Shown: piece by piece, positions 24,000-36,719 of the stretch | How the letters are laid out: the number at the start of each line of letters is the position of its first letter | Position numbering within the stretch: position 1 is the first letter of the stretch | NCBI GenBank assembly: GCA_030390025.1 | Contig: CM059433.1 | Span: 8,124,001-8,188,000, forward strand | Length of the DNA stretch: 64,000 bases | Origin: Squalus acanthias | Lineage: Eukaryota | Direction of reading: 5' to 3' | Translations under genes and position numbers: made by a program | Notes under the pieces: model-generated | Told to the model about the DNA's origin: nothing | Seen by the model: only the letters and a program-made list of their open reading frames with translations | Databases searched by the model: none

Positions 24000-25634
24000 T
24001 TGACCCGAAATTCCAACGGCAGGGCAGGGCGAGCTATACAAAATCACGATGTCTGTGGAGTCGGGGGGGGAGCACTCCTGGCTCCACCGAAAGGGTTTTT
24101 ATTTTTAAAAAATGTTCACAACTTACTTCTTGTTTGCGGCTGAAGAACCCTGAGCGGGACACACCCGACACCTTCCCCCGCTCATCAATCACTAAAAGGG
24201 CCCTCCAGCAGGCTTGTTAAGCCCCCTAATTAACGTATTCAAGGGGCCTAATGTCTGTTTTAGCCATCCGCCTACGAAATGGGGCCCATGAATTTAGCAA
24301 TGGGGCCAATGCCCGTGCAGATTCAGCTCAGGTCATCTTAGTTGCTGGATTGGTATGCCTTGCACCAGTTTTAAGTCGCAAAAAACAGGTGTACTGCCGA
24401 CCAATTTCCTCCCTGTGGTTTCTTAATGGGGAAGTGCAAGGGCTGAAGTCAATCAAAAACTTCAGGTAGCTGGAACTTTTGTTACTGTTTTTCAGGGCTG
24501 CCCTTTGGGAGGTTCAGGTACATTCTGCAGCATTCTGGGAGATCCAGAGGGAAGTGCTCAAAGGCTTCAGAATTGGCATTCCACTGTTTATGCTTTTATG
24601 TCCTAGAGGCACAGGAGGAAGATAAGAGAGAGGCAACTGTGAAAGCCTGGAGAATCAGGCAACATGAGAGAAGAGATTGACCCTAGCAGAGATGTCCTGC
24701 AACCAAAGTTTACAGAGCAAGAACCTCCTCCACCAACATCTCTTAACATCTCAGTTTTTGGAGGCTTTGTTTCACTACTGAAGCCCTGGAAGACATGTCC
24801 TCCATCCTTGAGGATGACTTGAGCACCACGTCAAGGACAATGATGACACTCACAGCACAGGAGAAAGTTCTAATAGCCCTTACTTTCTTTTAACTGAGTC
24901 ATTCCAAGGAGCTACTGGTGACTTCTGGCAAGTCAATCAATTTGCAGCGCATTGCTGCATTCGGCAGGTTACAAATGCCTTTTGCACCAGGGCACCTAAT
25001 TTCATATCTTGTGACACTGGATCCAGGCAGATGAGTAAGCGGGCTATCAACAACAACAACTTGCATTTATATAGCGCCTTTAATGTAGTAAAACGTCCCA
25101 AGGCGCTGCACAGGAGTATTATGAGACAAAAAATTTGACACCGATCCAAATAAGGAGAAATTAGGGCAGGTGACCAAAAGCTTGGTCAAAGAGGTAGGTT
25201 TTAAGGAGCGTCTTAAAGGAGGAAAGTGAGGTAGCGAGGCGGAGAGGTTTAGGCATGGAATTCCAGAGCTTAGGGCCTAGGCAACAGAAGGCACGGCCAC
25301 CAAAGGTTGAGTGATTATAATCAGGGATGCTCAAGAGGGCAGAATTAGAGGAGCGCAGATATCTCAGGGGGTTGTGGGGCTGAAGGAGATTACAGAGATA
25401 GGAAGGGGCGCGGCCATGGAGGGATTTGAAAGCAAGTATGAGAATTTTGAAATCGAGGCGCTGCTTAACCGGGAGCCAATGTAGGTCAGCGAGCACAGGG
25501 GTAATGGGCGAACGGGACTTGATATCAATTTTTATCAACGGAATTGTAGGTTTCCCAAGAGTTATGGCTACAATTGATAGCACACATGAGGCTATACACA
25601 CCCCTAGTGTCAACACTCACCATTTCATCAACCA
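24000..25634 (+). pseudogene. Fossil Harbinger element: left end and HARBI1-like transposase remnant, split by L2
   Basis: Decayed EKVLIALTFF..ESFQGATGD..AAHCCIRQVTNA, then GFPRVMATIDSTHEAIHTP..HFIN (GFP..GAIDCTH motif). Confidence 0.75.
25051..25522 (-). mobile_element. L2 LINE 3' fragment
   Basis: LADLHWLPVKQRLDFKIL..GGRAF..LWNS..FKTLLKTYLF; (TTG)n tail; TATCAA at both junctions. Confidence 0.92.
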
Positions 25635-25880
25635 CTCTGTTTACCCAGGGAGTGGTTAGAATGTGGAACTCGCTACCACAGGGAGTAGTTGAGGCGAATA
25701 GCATGGATGCATTTAAGGGGAAGCTTGATAAACACATGAGGGAGACAGGAATAGAAGGATATACTGATAAGGTTAGATGAAGTAGGGTGGGAGGAGGCTC
25801 GTGTGGAGCATAAGCACCGACATAGGCCAGTTGAGTCAATAGGCCTGTTTCTGTGCTGTAATTTCTATGCAATTTTATGC
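25635..25880 (+). mobile_element. CR1 3' end
   Basis: FTQGVVRMWNSLPQ and 3' UTR. Confidence 0.85.
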
Positions 25881-26046
25881 AAGAGATTTCATTCCTTGAT
25901 GTGCGAAGGAACAGACCTAATGGAGTTACTTACTTCCCTGTTCCCCCAATGAGAGAATGTACCTGATGTCCTCCGAACCCTCCAAAATCCTGCCCTCAAG
26001 AAAACCAACTCTAAATGATCTGACCCTAGAATTTATGACGTGGTCA

Positions 26047-26060
26047 GTTTCCTTGGCAAC
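26047..26060. promoter_or_regulatory. RFX X-box-like motif
   Basis: GTTTCCTTGGCAAC in non-repetitive DNA; motif match only. Confidence 0.25.
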
Positions 26061-26399
26061 GTGTGCACTTAAGTCCCATCCCACCCCACCCCACCGTACT
26101 TCCACTGGTGGATAACAGGACTTGGAATTTCAGGGCTGATGAATGTGCAGGGAGAGGAAATCTCAAGGAAAATATAACTTCTGAACAGCCCTGAACAGCA
26201 CACGTATTCTTGTATTTCTGGATTGCAAGGTAAAAATTCTCAGAGTTTCAAAGTTGCACTTTTTGTACAAATCCTTTAACATTCAGACTGCATTTTAAAA
26301 ACATTTTAGATATCATTGTCACTGTAAAAATACTCCCATTGACTTGGCATTCCCGCGGCTACCTTTCATCGTGCTCAACTAACATTATTCGATGAAAGG

Positions 26400-26811
26400 A
26401 AAAAATAACTTATATTTATACAGTGCCTTTCATGACCTCAGGATGCCCCAAGCGTTTCACAGCTAAGGAAGTACTTTTGAAGCTTAACGTAGGGAAATAC
26501 GGCACCCAGTTTGTACACAGCAGGATCCCATAAACAGCGATGGTATAAATAACCAGATTATTGAGGGATACACGGTAGCCAGGATACCAGGAAAACTGCC
26601 CTGTTCTTTTTCAGATAATGCCGTGAGACCTTCTCTGTCCACCTGAGAGTCCACAGGGCCTCGGCTTAACATCTCCTTCAAAAGGCGACATCTTCGACAG
26701 AGCAGTGAAGCGTCAGCCTAGATTACGTGCTCAAGTCTCTGAAGTGGGACTTAAAACCCACAGCCTTCTGAATCAGAGGTGAAAGTGTTACCACCGAGCC
26801 CAGGTTGATAA
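26400..26811 (-). mobile_element. Diverged SacSINE1-like SINE
   Basis: Reverse-complement homology to 2888-3322. Confidence 0.75.
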
Positions 26812-27659
26812 CATCAAGCTGTTGCCAGAACGATTGCACTTTAGTATCTTTTGGGTGGGGCATGACAACCCTTTTAAAAAAAAACAAGAAAAAAAATCTG
26901 AACACAATTTTGCTCAAGTGTGCTATAAATATACATAATTGTTGTCTGTTGTGAAAAAAAAAGTTAATCTACAGAATGACCCTGACATTTTCCATTTGTA
27001 AATTCAGCATGAAGGCTGATTGATTGGAAAGTGAACATGTAAGGATGTAGAAATCACACCACTTCTTCATCCCCTTATTCAGACGTCAGTGCATTTGCAC
27101 TTAAAAGCTGCTTTTTCTATCGTAACAATAGCACAGGTGCATCTCTCTCCAGTGTTCAATGTTTTTTTTTCCCTGGGAGGCACAAAGTTCATTCTGCACC
27201 TGTTTTCAATGGGTTATTTGCCAGTCTAATTTAGCCGGCGTCACATTCGGAGCAACGAGAGCTGTCAGGCTAATTTACTGTTTTGCCCCTCTCATGTGTC
27301 ATCTTTAGCCTCAATAAATGTTGCCTACGTGCAAGCCATTTGCATGCATTAGTTATTGAAAGATTTAGACTTAAAAAAAATTCATTAATTATTTCATAGT
27401 TCTTTCGTGACCATTGCTTTCTACTTCTTGTCACTGCTCTGGTGTTCATTTTTTTAAACGGTCGGTCATGTTGGGTGTAATATTTTGGGACTTTTCCCTA
27501 TATGGCCTGGAAGAGATTTTTTTTGCTTTAATTCATGTTGTGATATTGCTATAAAGGTTAGATTCAGCTTAAAAGGGTTAACTACCTGAGACACATTTTT
27601 TGACTTGACATTTAAAACCATTTACAATGTTAATCAGAAAACAAAGGGAACACATTCCA

Positions 27660-27830
27660 TAGCAGCAGAAAACGCTGGAGAAACTCAGCAGGCCAGGCAA
27701 CATCCGTGGAGAGAGAAACAGAGTTAACGTTTCAGGTCAAAGACCTTTCGTCAGAACTGAGAAAAAAGCAGGAAATGAAACAGATAAAAAAGCAAGGGGG
27801 AGGCTGGGGGGAGGAATAAAAGAACAAAAG
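27660..27830 (-). mobile_element. Penelope-like 3' end (family P2) with hammerhead motif at 27722-27758
   Basis: Minus strand reads AGTT-CTGACGA-A-AGGTC(TTT)GACCT-GAA-ACGT-T-AACT. Confidence 0.75.
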
Positions 27831-27976
27831 GGGTGGTCCATAGCAGTTTGCACCCTGGTGATGGAATGGTTCCTCGGTGGGATACCAGGAATAACAAGCC
27901 TTGGAGCGCCAAAGCTAATGTAAAATACAAACATAGACTGCTTACTTTTTGCATGTTACATTAGGGTCGACACAAT

Positions 27977-28727
27977 GGCCCAGATATTCCGATCGCAGGC
28001 CTCCCGCGGGCGGAGGGCTGCGATCTGGAAAAATCTGCGCCCTTACCCGAGGGCTCCCGGGAGGCGCACAATTCCGATGCTGGGCCTCTCCAAACTGCCG
28101 GTGCGCAGGGCCCACGTATCCCAGAGGCGCAGGTAGTTCACAGCGTCCCTGGGATCACGTGGGCCACGGGGAGCCAATCACAGAAGGGAATCTCCCTTCA
28201 TACATTTGACAGGAAGACCTGTCAAATATATGAATGGAGATCACCCCCAAAACATAGTAAAACTTTAAATAACTTTTTTTTTTAAATCACATTTTTAAAA
28301 TGACTTGAAAGTACATTAAATTAACTATTTTAAACAAAACTTAAAATTTTTGAAAAAAATAATTAAAGTTTTTAACAGGGCTAAAAATAAACATACCTTT
28401 TTTTTAAAGTATTTTTAAATCAGTGGAAATTTTTAAAAAAACTTTTTTCAACTCTTATCCTGGTAAAAGCAGGCCTTACATCTGCTTTTACCAGGCGCAA
28501 GAATTGTAAGGGTTTTCTGCGGGCGGAGGGTCTCCAAAAAACGGAACTATCTGCCCGCAGAGGCCCTTCTCCAGGGCAGCCGGGGGATCTGTCAAGAGCT
28601 TTCTTGACAGATCGGAAATGCTGGTTTCCAGCGCATGTGCTGTGCATGCCTGAAACCGGCATTTCCGATGTCCCTACGGGTGAGTACACAGCGCGTACCC
28701 ACCCGTAGGGATCGGAATATCCGGCCC
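27977..28727. mobile_element. Harbinger-type MITE family B (inverted)
   Basis: TIRs GGCCCAGATATTCCGATC / GATCGGAATATCCGGCCC. Confidence 0.85.
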
Positions 28728-28834
28728 AAAAAGGTTTGTTAACCTTGGTCATTGTGACAGAATGGGTTTTATTCAATGTGCTAAGATGAACGAGATATAT
28801 AGGCCCTGATTTTTGTTTTATTCCTGGTTCGGAC

Positions 28835-28994
28835 ATTATCACACTGCTGTTTGTGGGAGCTTGCTGTGCGCAAATTGGCTGCTACATTACAACAGTGACT
28901 ACACTCCAAAAGTACTTCATTGGCTGTAAAGTGATTTGAGATGTCCGGTGGTCGTGAAAGGTGCTATATAAATGCAAGTCTTTCTTTCTTTCTT
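28835..28994 (+). mobile_element. SacSINE1-like 3' fragment
   Basis: Matches ~3148-3320. Confidence 0.8.
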
Positions 28995-29552
28995 TAAGTG
29001 TCCAGTCTCTCTCTCTTGAACATAACTGATGGGCTACCCTAGCGGGCTCAGTTATGAGAAAGATTGAAGCTCAGAATGCAGCTTTTGCAGGTGTGCTGCT
29101 GGCAAGAGACTCTGCCTGACACGGAAATATACCCACTCCGAGTGTGACACTTCCAATTTTGCGCCAGCCCTTACCCTACCCCTCATTTGTACTGATTCTT
29201 CTACGTTCTAAGAGCATAAGGTACAATTCCCACGATGAACCATTCAAAGAGGGAATGACTCACACAGGCCTGTAACTTATTGAGAACTGTAGTGACAGGA
29301 AGTTCAAGATAGAAAACAAAGTAGTTCAGCCGTGTGAGGCTGTGCACCTATAGAACGTTTCACAAGACTGTCACCTTTAAAACCATGATGTCACCTCCCT
29401 ATATAGGTCATGATTCAATAATGGATAAACCCACACATCCACCCTGGACTGTCCCCTTGTTCAGCCACACCTCCCACATACTGACCCCAAAAAAAGCAAG
29501 CAGTCTGCTCTGGGCTGCTTCATGTTAAATAACAAACTGATTTTGTATACAT

Positions 29553-30037
29553 ATAAGAACATAAGAAATAGGAGCAGGAATAGGCCACTGGGTTCCTCGA
29601 GCCTGCTCCGCCACTCAATAAGATCATGGCTGATCTTGGGCTCAAAGCCACTTCCCTGCCCGCTCCCCATAACCCTTCACTCCCTTATCTTGCAAAAATC
29701 TGTCTATCTCCACCTTAAATGCATTTAATGACCCAGCCTCCACAGCTCTCTGGGGCAGAGAATTCCGCAGATTTACGACCCTCTGAGAGAAGAAATTCCT
29801 CCTCATCTCAGTTCTAAAAGGGCGACCCTTTATTCTGAAACTATGCCCCCGAGTTCTAGATTTTCCCACGAGGGGAAACATCCTCTCTGCATCTACCTTG
29901 TCGAGCCCCCTCAGTATCTTATATGTTTCGATAAGATCACCTCTCATTCTTCTAAATTCCAATGAGTATAGGCCCAGCCTGCTCAACCTTTCCTCATAAG
30001 TCAAACCCCTCATCTCTGGAATCAACCGAGTGAATCA
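29553..30037 (-). mobile_element. CR1 3' fragment
   Basis: ORF 29642-30025; (AACATAAG) tail. Confidence 0.93.
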
Positions 30038-30301
30038 TTGCGAAAGGAAGAACCAACATTTGTGATAAAATTGACATTTGCAATTCTAATATCTGTTCAC
30101 AAGTGATCATTTCCCCACGCACCTATATACATTAGATACTGTAGTTAAGTTCAGTAATGAGATTCAGGGGCTCTTAAGAACTTCAAATAGGATTACATCA
30201 GGGATGAGATAAATCACAGATTAAATCTCATTCAAAGAGGCTTTATGCAAAACGTTTGCTGATTTTTTTTCGAAACTAGACAAATACTGAATTTGCCAGA
30301 A

Positions 30302-31690
30302 ATAGAAACATAGAAACATAGAAGATAGGAGCAGGAGTAGGCCATTCGGCCCCTCGCGCCTGCTCCGCCATTCAATGAGATCATGGCTGATCATCCAAAT
30401 TCAGTACCCTGTCCCTGCTTTCTCCCCATATCCCTTGATCCCTTTAGCCTTAAGAAATATATCTAACTCCTTCTTGAATATATTTAATGAATTGGCCTCC
30501 ACTGCCTTCTGTGGTAGAGAATTCCACAGGTTCACCACTCTCTGGGTGAAGAAATTCCTCCTCATCTCTGTCCTAAATGGCTTACCCCTTATCCTTAGAC
30601 TGTGACCCCTGGTTCTGGACTCCCCGACCATCGGGAACATCCTTCCTGCATCTAGTCTGTCTAGTCCTGTTAGAATTTTATAAGTTTCAATGAGATCCCC
30701 TCTCATTCTTCTAAACTCTAGCGAGCAAAAGCCTAATCGACCCAATCTCTCCTCATGCGTCATTCCTGCCATCCCAGGTATCAGTCTGGTGAATCTTCGC
30801 TGCACTCCCTCCATGGCAAGAACATCCTTCCTCAGATAAGGCGACCAAAACTGCACACAATACTCAAGGTGTGGTCTCACCAAGGCCCCGTACAACTGCA
30901 GCAAGACATCCTTGCTCCTGTACTCGAATCCTCTCGCTACGAAGGCCAACATACCATTTGCCTTCTTAACCGCCTGCTGCACCTGCATGCTTATCTTCAG
31001 CAACTGGTGCACAAGGACACCCAGGTCTCGTTGCACTTCCCCTTCTCCCAATCTATTGCCATTCAGATAATAATCTGCCTTCCCGTTTTTGCCACCAAAG
31101 TGGATAACCTCGCATTTATCCACATTATAATGCATCTGCCATGATTCTGCCCAATCATCCAACCTGTCCAAATCATACTGGAGTTTTTCGGCATCCTCCT
31201 CACAGCACACACGCCCACCCAGCTTTGTGTCGTTTGCAAACTTGGAGATATTACATCTAGTTCCCTCGTCTAGATCATTAATATATATTGTGAATAGCTG
31301 GGGTCCAAGGACCGATCCCTGCGGTACCCCACTAGTCACTGCCTGCCACTCGGAAAAAGACCCGTTTATTCCAACTCTTTGCCTTCTGTCTGCCAACCAG
31401 TTCTCTATCCAAGTCAATACCTTGCCCCCAATCCCATGTGCCTTAACTTTACATGCTAATCTCTTATGCGGGACCTTATCGAAAGCCTTCTGAAAGTCCA
31501 AATACACCACATCCACTGGTTCTCCCTTATCTATTCTACCAGTTACATCTTCAAAAAATTCCAGTAGATTAGTCAAGCATGATTTACCTTTTGTAAATCC
31601 ATGTTGACTTTGTCCGATCCTGTCACTGTTTTCCAAGTGCTCTGCTATTACATCTTTTATAATGGACTCTAGCATTTTCCCCACTACTGA
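30302..31690 (-). mobile_element. Young 5'-truncated CR1 with an open RT frame
   Basis: ORF 30401-31723 has the full RT core, but catalytic FADD reads FAND and there is no endonuclease. Confidence 0.95.
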
Positions 31691-31699
31691 TGAAGAAGG

Positions 31700-31863
31700 A
31701 GATAGATAGATTTCTAGACACAAAAGGCATCAAGGGGTATGGGGAGAGAGCGAGAATATGGTATTGAGATAGAGGATCAGCCGTGATCATATTGAATGGC
31801 GGAGCAGGCTCGAAGGGCCGAATGGCCGACTCCTGCTCCTATTTTTCTATGTTTCTATGTTTC
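31700..31863 (+). mobile_element. Short CR1 3' end
   Basis: Same subfamily as 62548-62704. Confidence 0.85.
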
Positions 31864-32316
31864 CTTTGTGCCTATTACTCTCCAGTTTTCTCCCTGTGTT
31901 TTTTCTCTTCTAATCCACATCTGTGCCTCTGTTGTTATCTCTTTCTGTTTCTCACTTTGGGTGTCTATTACTCTATTACCCTTCCTTTTTCTCTCTTTAC
32001 CACTGTGCTTTGTACCACTTGCAAACCACAACTGCAAGAAAGAACAAACGCTAGAATAAGGAGGGGCTGGAATTGGTGGAGAGGCGGAGGAGCGAATGAC
32101 TGCGGAGTGACTCGCATCAGCACCAGAAGATAAGGAGGGACGGAGACATCAGCATGCATGTGTCTTTGACCTGCTGTGCATGTACATATGTTCTTCACAT
32201 TGGGCCTTAGGTTGTGGGTCAATGTGGTGCGGTTTGCCAGCAGGAAAAGGAATAGCTGGGCTCTAGGTGGTTGACTTTACATTGAGGGAAATGTCAGGTA
32301 GTGGAAGGTGGGATTG

Positions 32317-32794
32317 AAAAGAAAGAAAGACTTACATTTATATAGCGGCATTCACGACCACCGGACGTCTCAAAGCGCTTTACAGCCAATGAGGTACTTT
32401 TGAAGTATAGTCACTGTTGTAATGTGGGAAATGTAGCAGCCAATTTGTGCACAGCAAGCTCCCACAAACAGCAATGTGATAATGACCAGATAATCTGTTT
32501 TTGTTATGTTGGTTGAGGGATAAATATTGGCCCCAGGACACCGGGGATAACTCCCCTGCTCGTCTTCAAAATAGTGCCCATGGGGATCTTTTACGTCCAC
32601 CTGAGAGAGCAGACGGGTCCTCGGTTTAACATCTCATCTGAAAGACGGCACCTCTGACAGTGTAGCACTCCCTCAGTACTTCACTGGGAGTGTCAGCCTA
32701 GCTTTATGTGGTCAAGTCCCTGGAGTGGGGACTGTGAACCCACAACCTTCTGACTCAGAGGCGAGTGTGCTACCCACTGAGCCACAGCTGACAC
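32317..32794 (-). mobile_element. Full-length SacSINE1-like SINE
   Basis: tRNA head TGGCTCAGTGG..GGTTCACAGTCC, Deu core, (CTTT)n tail. Confidence 0.88.
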
Positions 32795-33237
32795 CTGAGG
32801 AGGTTTATGGGTACGGTTGCAACTTTTTTTCATAAAATATTGATATTTGCGATAAAGTTTATTTTTAGGGCCCGAGAGTGGAATTGGTCATTGTGGTTTT
32901 TTTTGTTGCAATGAGATTGGCCAGAAGATTGGGGAGGGGGAAGAATTTGTGAAATCTGGCTGGTGAATAACAGAAGTGGAAAATAACCAACCGGATAGAA
33001 GTAAACCACAGAGATTTTACCAATGAGGGCGAAGGAAGATACTTGGCCAATGAGGATTGACACCATAGACTTGATTGGCATTACAGTCACAAAACCTTTA
33101 TTTATAGATAGATATGCAATATTGGTTATGCCACTGCTGAATACATTTTTTAACTGTCGCTCGTTTGCACAATTGGTTCTAGTATGTAGACTGGGAGTTT
33201 TTTTCTACTCTGCTCGGCCCACAGAATTGCTTTACTT

Positions 33238-33790
33238 AAGAACATAAGAAATAGGAGCAGGAGTGGGCCATTTGGCCCCTCGAGCCTGCTCCGCCATTCA
33301 ATAAGATCATGTCTGATCTTCTACCTCATCTCCACTTTCCTGCACTATCCCCATATCCCTTGATTCCCTTAATATTCAAAAATCTATCGATCTATGCCTT
33401 GAATATACTCAACGACTGAGCCTCCACAGCCCTCTGGGGTAGAGAATTCCAAAGATTCACCACCCTCTGAGTGAAGAAATTTCTCCTCATCTCAGTCCTA
33501 AATGGCCGACCCCCTTATTCTGAGACTGTGACCCCTGGTTCTAGACTCCCCAGCCAGGGGAAACATTAAGGCTGCATATAATGACATCAAAAGCAGAATG
33601 GAGATGATGGAGGCTCAGTCATTGGGTATATTCAAAACAGAAGTCGCTAGATTTCTGACAATAAGGGCATCAAGGGATATGGTGATAGGGCTGGTGAATG
33701 GAGTTGAAGTCGATGATCAGCCATGATCTCATTGAGGGGCCGAATGGCCGACTCCTGCTCCTATTTCCTATGTTCTTCTGTTCTTATGTT
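33238..33790. mobile_element. Two head-to-head CR1 3' ends (33238-33567 minus, 33608-33790 plus)
   Basis: CR1 tails point outward on both sides. Confidence 0.88.
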
Positions 33791-34399
33791 TGGGTAATTC
33801 CCCTGCCACTGCTGTAAGTGACTGGGATTGATTTTACACATGCGTAACTATTCTCGACTCACTGCATTTTGCTGGAGAAATAATCCTGCTCTTATCAGGA
33901 GACTTTGCTATAGTTTCAGTCATGACTTCGTTTTGCTGTAGTTCATAGGGACTCTCTATAAATAGACTCTGTTTGCTGAGTAAATAGACTTTGTTTGCTG
34001 TGAAATAGACTGCCGTAAGTCCCGCCCTACCTCCAACTCCTTGGCTGACACACTGGTGTCGTTACTCACTTTGTTTACTTAATGCTTCAGAAATAGTACA
34101 TTTTAAAAATTCATCTAAATGCCAGTGCAAATGTCTATCTAAGTGGTTGCACACTATATCAGCTGTGATATGGCGCATGTCTTAAAGTTTATACTTTGAG
34201 AAGGAAACTGGAGCACAGATTTTGTAATTTTTACCAAAGGTTAATGTTAAGGATGAACACTGGAGCCAATATGATTTATTTATAGTTTAAATATTGGTCC
34301 GTGCCAGTAAGCCAGAGAACTGGAAATTTGTACTGACTTCAGAAATTATTAAAATGCACGATTGTTTGGACTGTACCTGCCATAATTTAAATTTAATTA

Positions 34400-34968
34400 T
34401 TTTTTTTATTCGTTTATGGGATGTGGGTGTCGCTGGCAAGGCCAGCATTTATTGCCCATCCCTAGTTGCCCTCGAGAAGGTGGTGCGGAGCCGCCTTCTT
34501 AAACTGCTGCAGTCCGTGTGGTGATGGTGCTCCCACAGCGCTGTTAGGGAGGGAGTTCCAGGATTTTGACCCAGCGACGATGAAAGAACGGCCGATATAC
34601 TTCTAAGTCAGGATGGTGTGTGACTTGGAGGGGAACTTGGAGGTGGTGGTGTTCCCATGCGCCTGCTGCCCTTGTCCTTCTAGGCGGTAGAGGTCGCGGG
34701 TTTGGGAGGTGCTGCCGAAGAAGCCTTGGCGAGTTGCTGCAGTGTATCTTGTAGATGGTACACACTGCAGACACAGTACGCTGGTGGTGGAGGGAGTGAA
34801 TGTTTAAGGTGGTGGATGGGGTGCCAATCAAGCGGGCTGCTTTGTCCTGGATGGTGTCGAGCTTCTTGAGTGTTGCTGGAGCTGCACTCTTCCAGGCAAG
34901 TGGCGAGTATTCCATCACACTCCTGACTTGTGCCTTGTAGATGGTGGAAAGGCTTTGGGGAGGCAGGA
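34400..34968 (-). mobile_element. 3' fragment of the tRNA-headed LINE family
   Basis: ORF 34544-34918 and 3' hairpin/A-tail match 22930-23473. Confidence 0.92.
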
Positions 34969-35417
34969 GTTATTCCTGTTATTTATTCTGTTGTCACCTC
35001 CTATAGACCATTCAATGCAGAGTTTATCAGGATCTAAACAATACACTTGGACCTGCATCACTCCAGTGTTAAGAACATAAGAACATAAAAATAGGAGCAG
35101 GAGTAGGCCAATTGGCCCCTCGAGCCTGCTCCGCCATTCAATAAGATCATGGCACTCTCACCAATGGAATCAATACAGGATTCAAAGACTTGCAGTTGGG
35201 CATCCTCTTTTCTATGATTTTTAAAGCTGCACCCCTCATGAAAGTTCATAAAAAATAAGCAGTTTTCAAAATAGGAAAATGCTTTTGCATGAGATTACAG
35301 TTTTACACATGGAGTCGTTTTTTTTTGCAGTACTAACCATGATTCTGTAACTACTTCAACCCAATCATAGAACCAGACCTTACTCTAGAAATATCATCCG
35401 TGTATTTTAAAGACTTA

Positions 35418-35859
35418 AAAGAAAGATTTGCATTTATATAGCACCTTTCATGACCTCAGGATGTCCCAAAGCGCTTTACAATTAATGAAATACTTTTGAA
35501 GTGTAGTCATTGTTGTTGGTTATGTGGCAGCCAATTTGCGCACATCAAGCTCCCACAAACGGCAACGAAATAAAGACCAAATCATCTGTTTTAGCTGTTG
35601 GATGAGGGATAAACATTGGGAGAAATTCCCCATCTCTTCTAGTGTCATGGAATCTTTTACGTCTGACTGAGAGAGCAGATGGGGCCTCGGTTTAATGTCT
35701 CATCTGAAAGACGGCACCTCCAACAGCGCGGCACTCCCTCAGTACTGCACTGAAGTATCAGCCTAGATTTTTGTGCTTCAAATCTTTGGAGTGGGGCTTG
35801 AATCCCACAACCTTCTGACTCAGAGGCAAGTGTGCTACCCACTGAGCCACAGCTGACAC
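35418..35859 (-). mobile_element. SacSINE1-like SINE
   Basis: Head and Deu core homology. Confidence 0.82.
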
Positions 35860-35873
35860 ATTTATGTGACATT

Positions 35874-36640
35874 GGGCCAGATTTTCCAACCCCCATGGGT
35901 GTGTACGAGCTGTGTACACACCCGTAGGGACCTTCACAAGTGCTGGTTTTAACAATGCGAAGTGCATGCGCTGAAAACCAGCATTTACGACCTGTCAAGA
36001 ATCCTCTTGACAGACCCTCTGCCTGCCCTGGAGAAGGGCCTCTGCGGGGGGAGAGTTCCGCTTTCTACAGAACCTCCACCCACTGAAAACCCTTAAAAAT
36101 CTTACGCCTGGTAAAAGCCTGTGTAAGGCCTGATTTTACCAGCATAAGAGTTTAAAAAAATAAAAAAATAAAATGTTTTCACTCATTTATAATTTAAAAA
36201 TACTTGAAAAAAGGTAAGTTTATTTTTAGCCCCGTAAAAAACGTTAATTATTTTTTTCAAAAATTTACATTTTTGTTTAAAATATTTAATTTAATGTAAT
36301 TTTAACTAATTTTAAACACGTAATGTTTAAAAAAAAATTTAGTTAATGTTTAACTTTTTTCAGTGATCCCCATTCATACTTTTGACAGATCTGTGCGGAG
36401 AGACCTGTCAAAAGTGTGCAGGGGGATTCCCTTCTTCCATTGGCTCGCCTGGCCCATGTGATCCCAGGGACACTTGCGAATCGCCTGCGCCCCTGGGATA
36501 CCTGGGCCTCTGCGTGCGCGGACCAGGAGAGGCCCAGGATCGGAAGTGTCGGGACCTACAGAGCCAGCAGGTAAGTGCGTAGATTTTTTCCAATCGGAGG
36601 CATCCGCCCGTCGGAAGCCTCCGATCGGAAATTCAGGCTG
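35874..36640. mobile_element. Harbinger-type MITE family B
   Basis: Homologous to 13715-14419; TSD ATT (35871-35873, 36641-36643). Confidence 0.85.
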
Positions 36641-36719
36641 ATTGTGCTTGTGAGAACCTGATTTTACACAGTATAAATTTAAATGGCTAATAACTCTTGT
36701 CTATTTTTGCTCTCAAGAT

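Noticed and set aside
29000..29062. Hairpin CATAACTGA/TCAGTTATG as a pre-miRNA
   Set aside because: Only a 9-bp continuous stem and no match to a miRNA I recognise
29271..29550. Possible small solo LTR on the minus strand
   Set aside because: No convincing second terminus or TSD
30401..31723. 440-aa RT ORF as an active or domesticated gene
   Set aside because: 5'-truncated CR1, catalytic FADD mutated to FAND, and the start codon comes from an adjacent fragment
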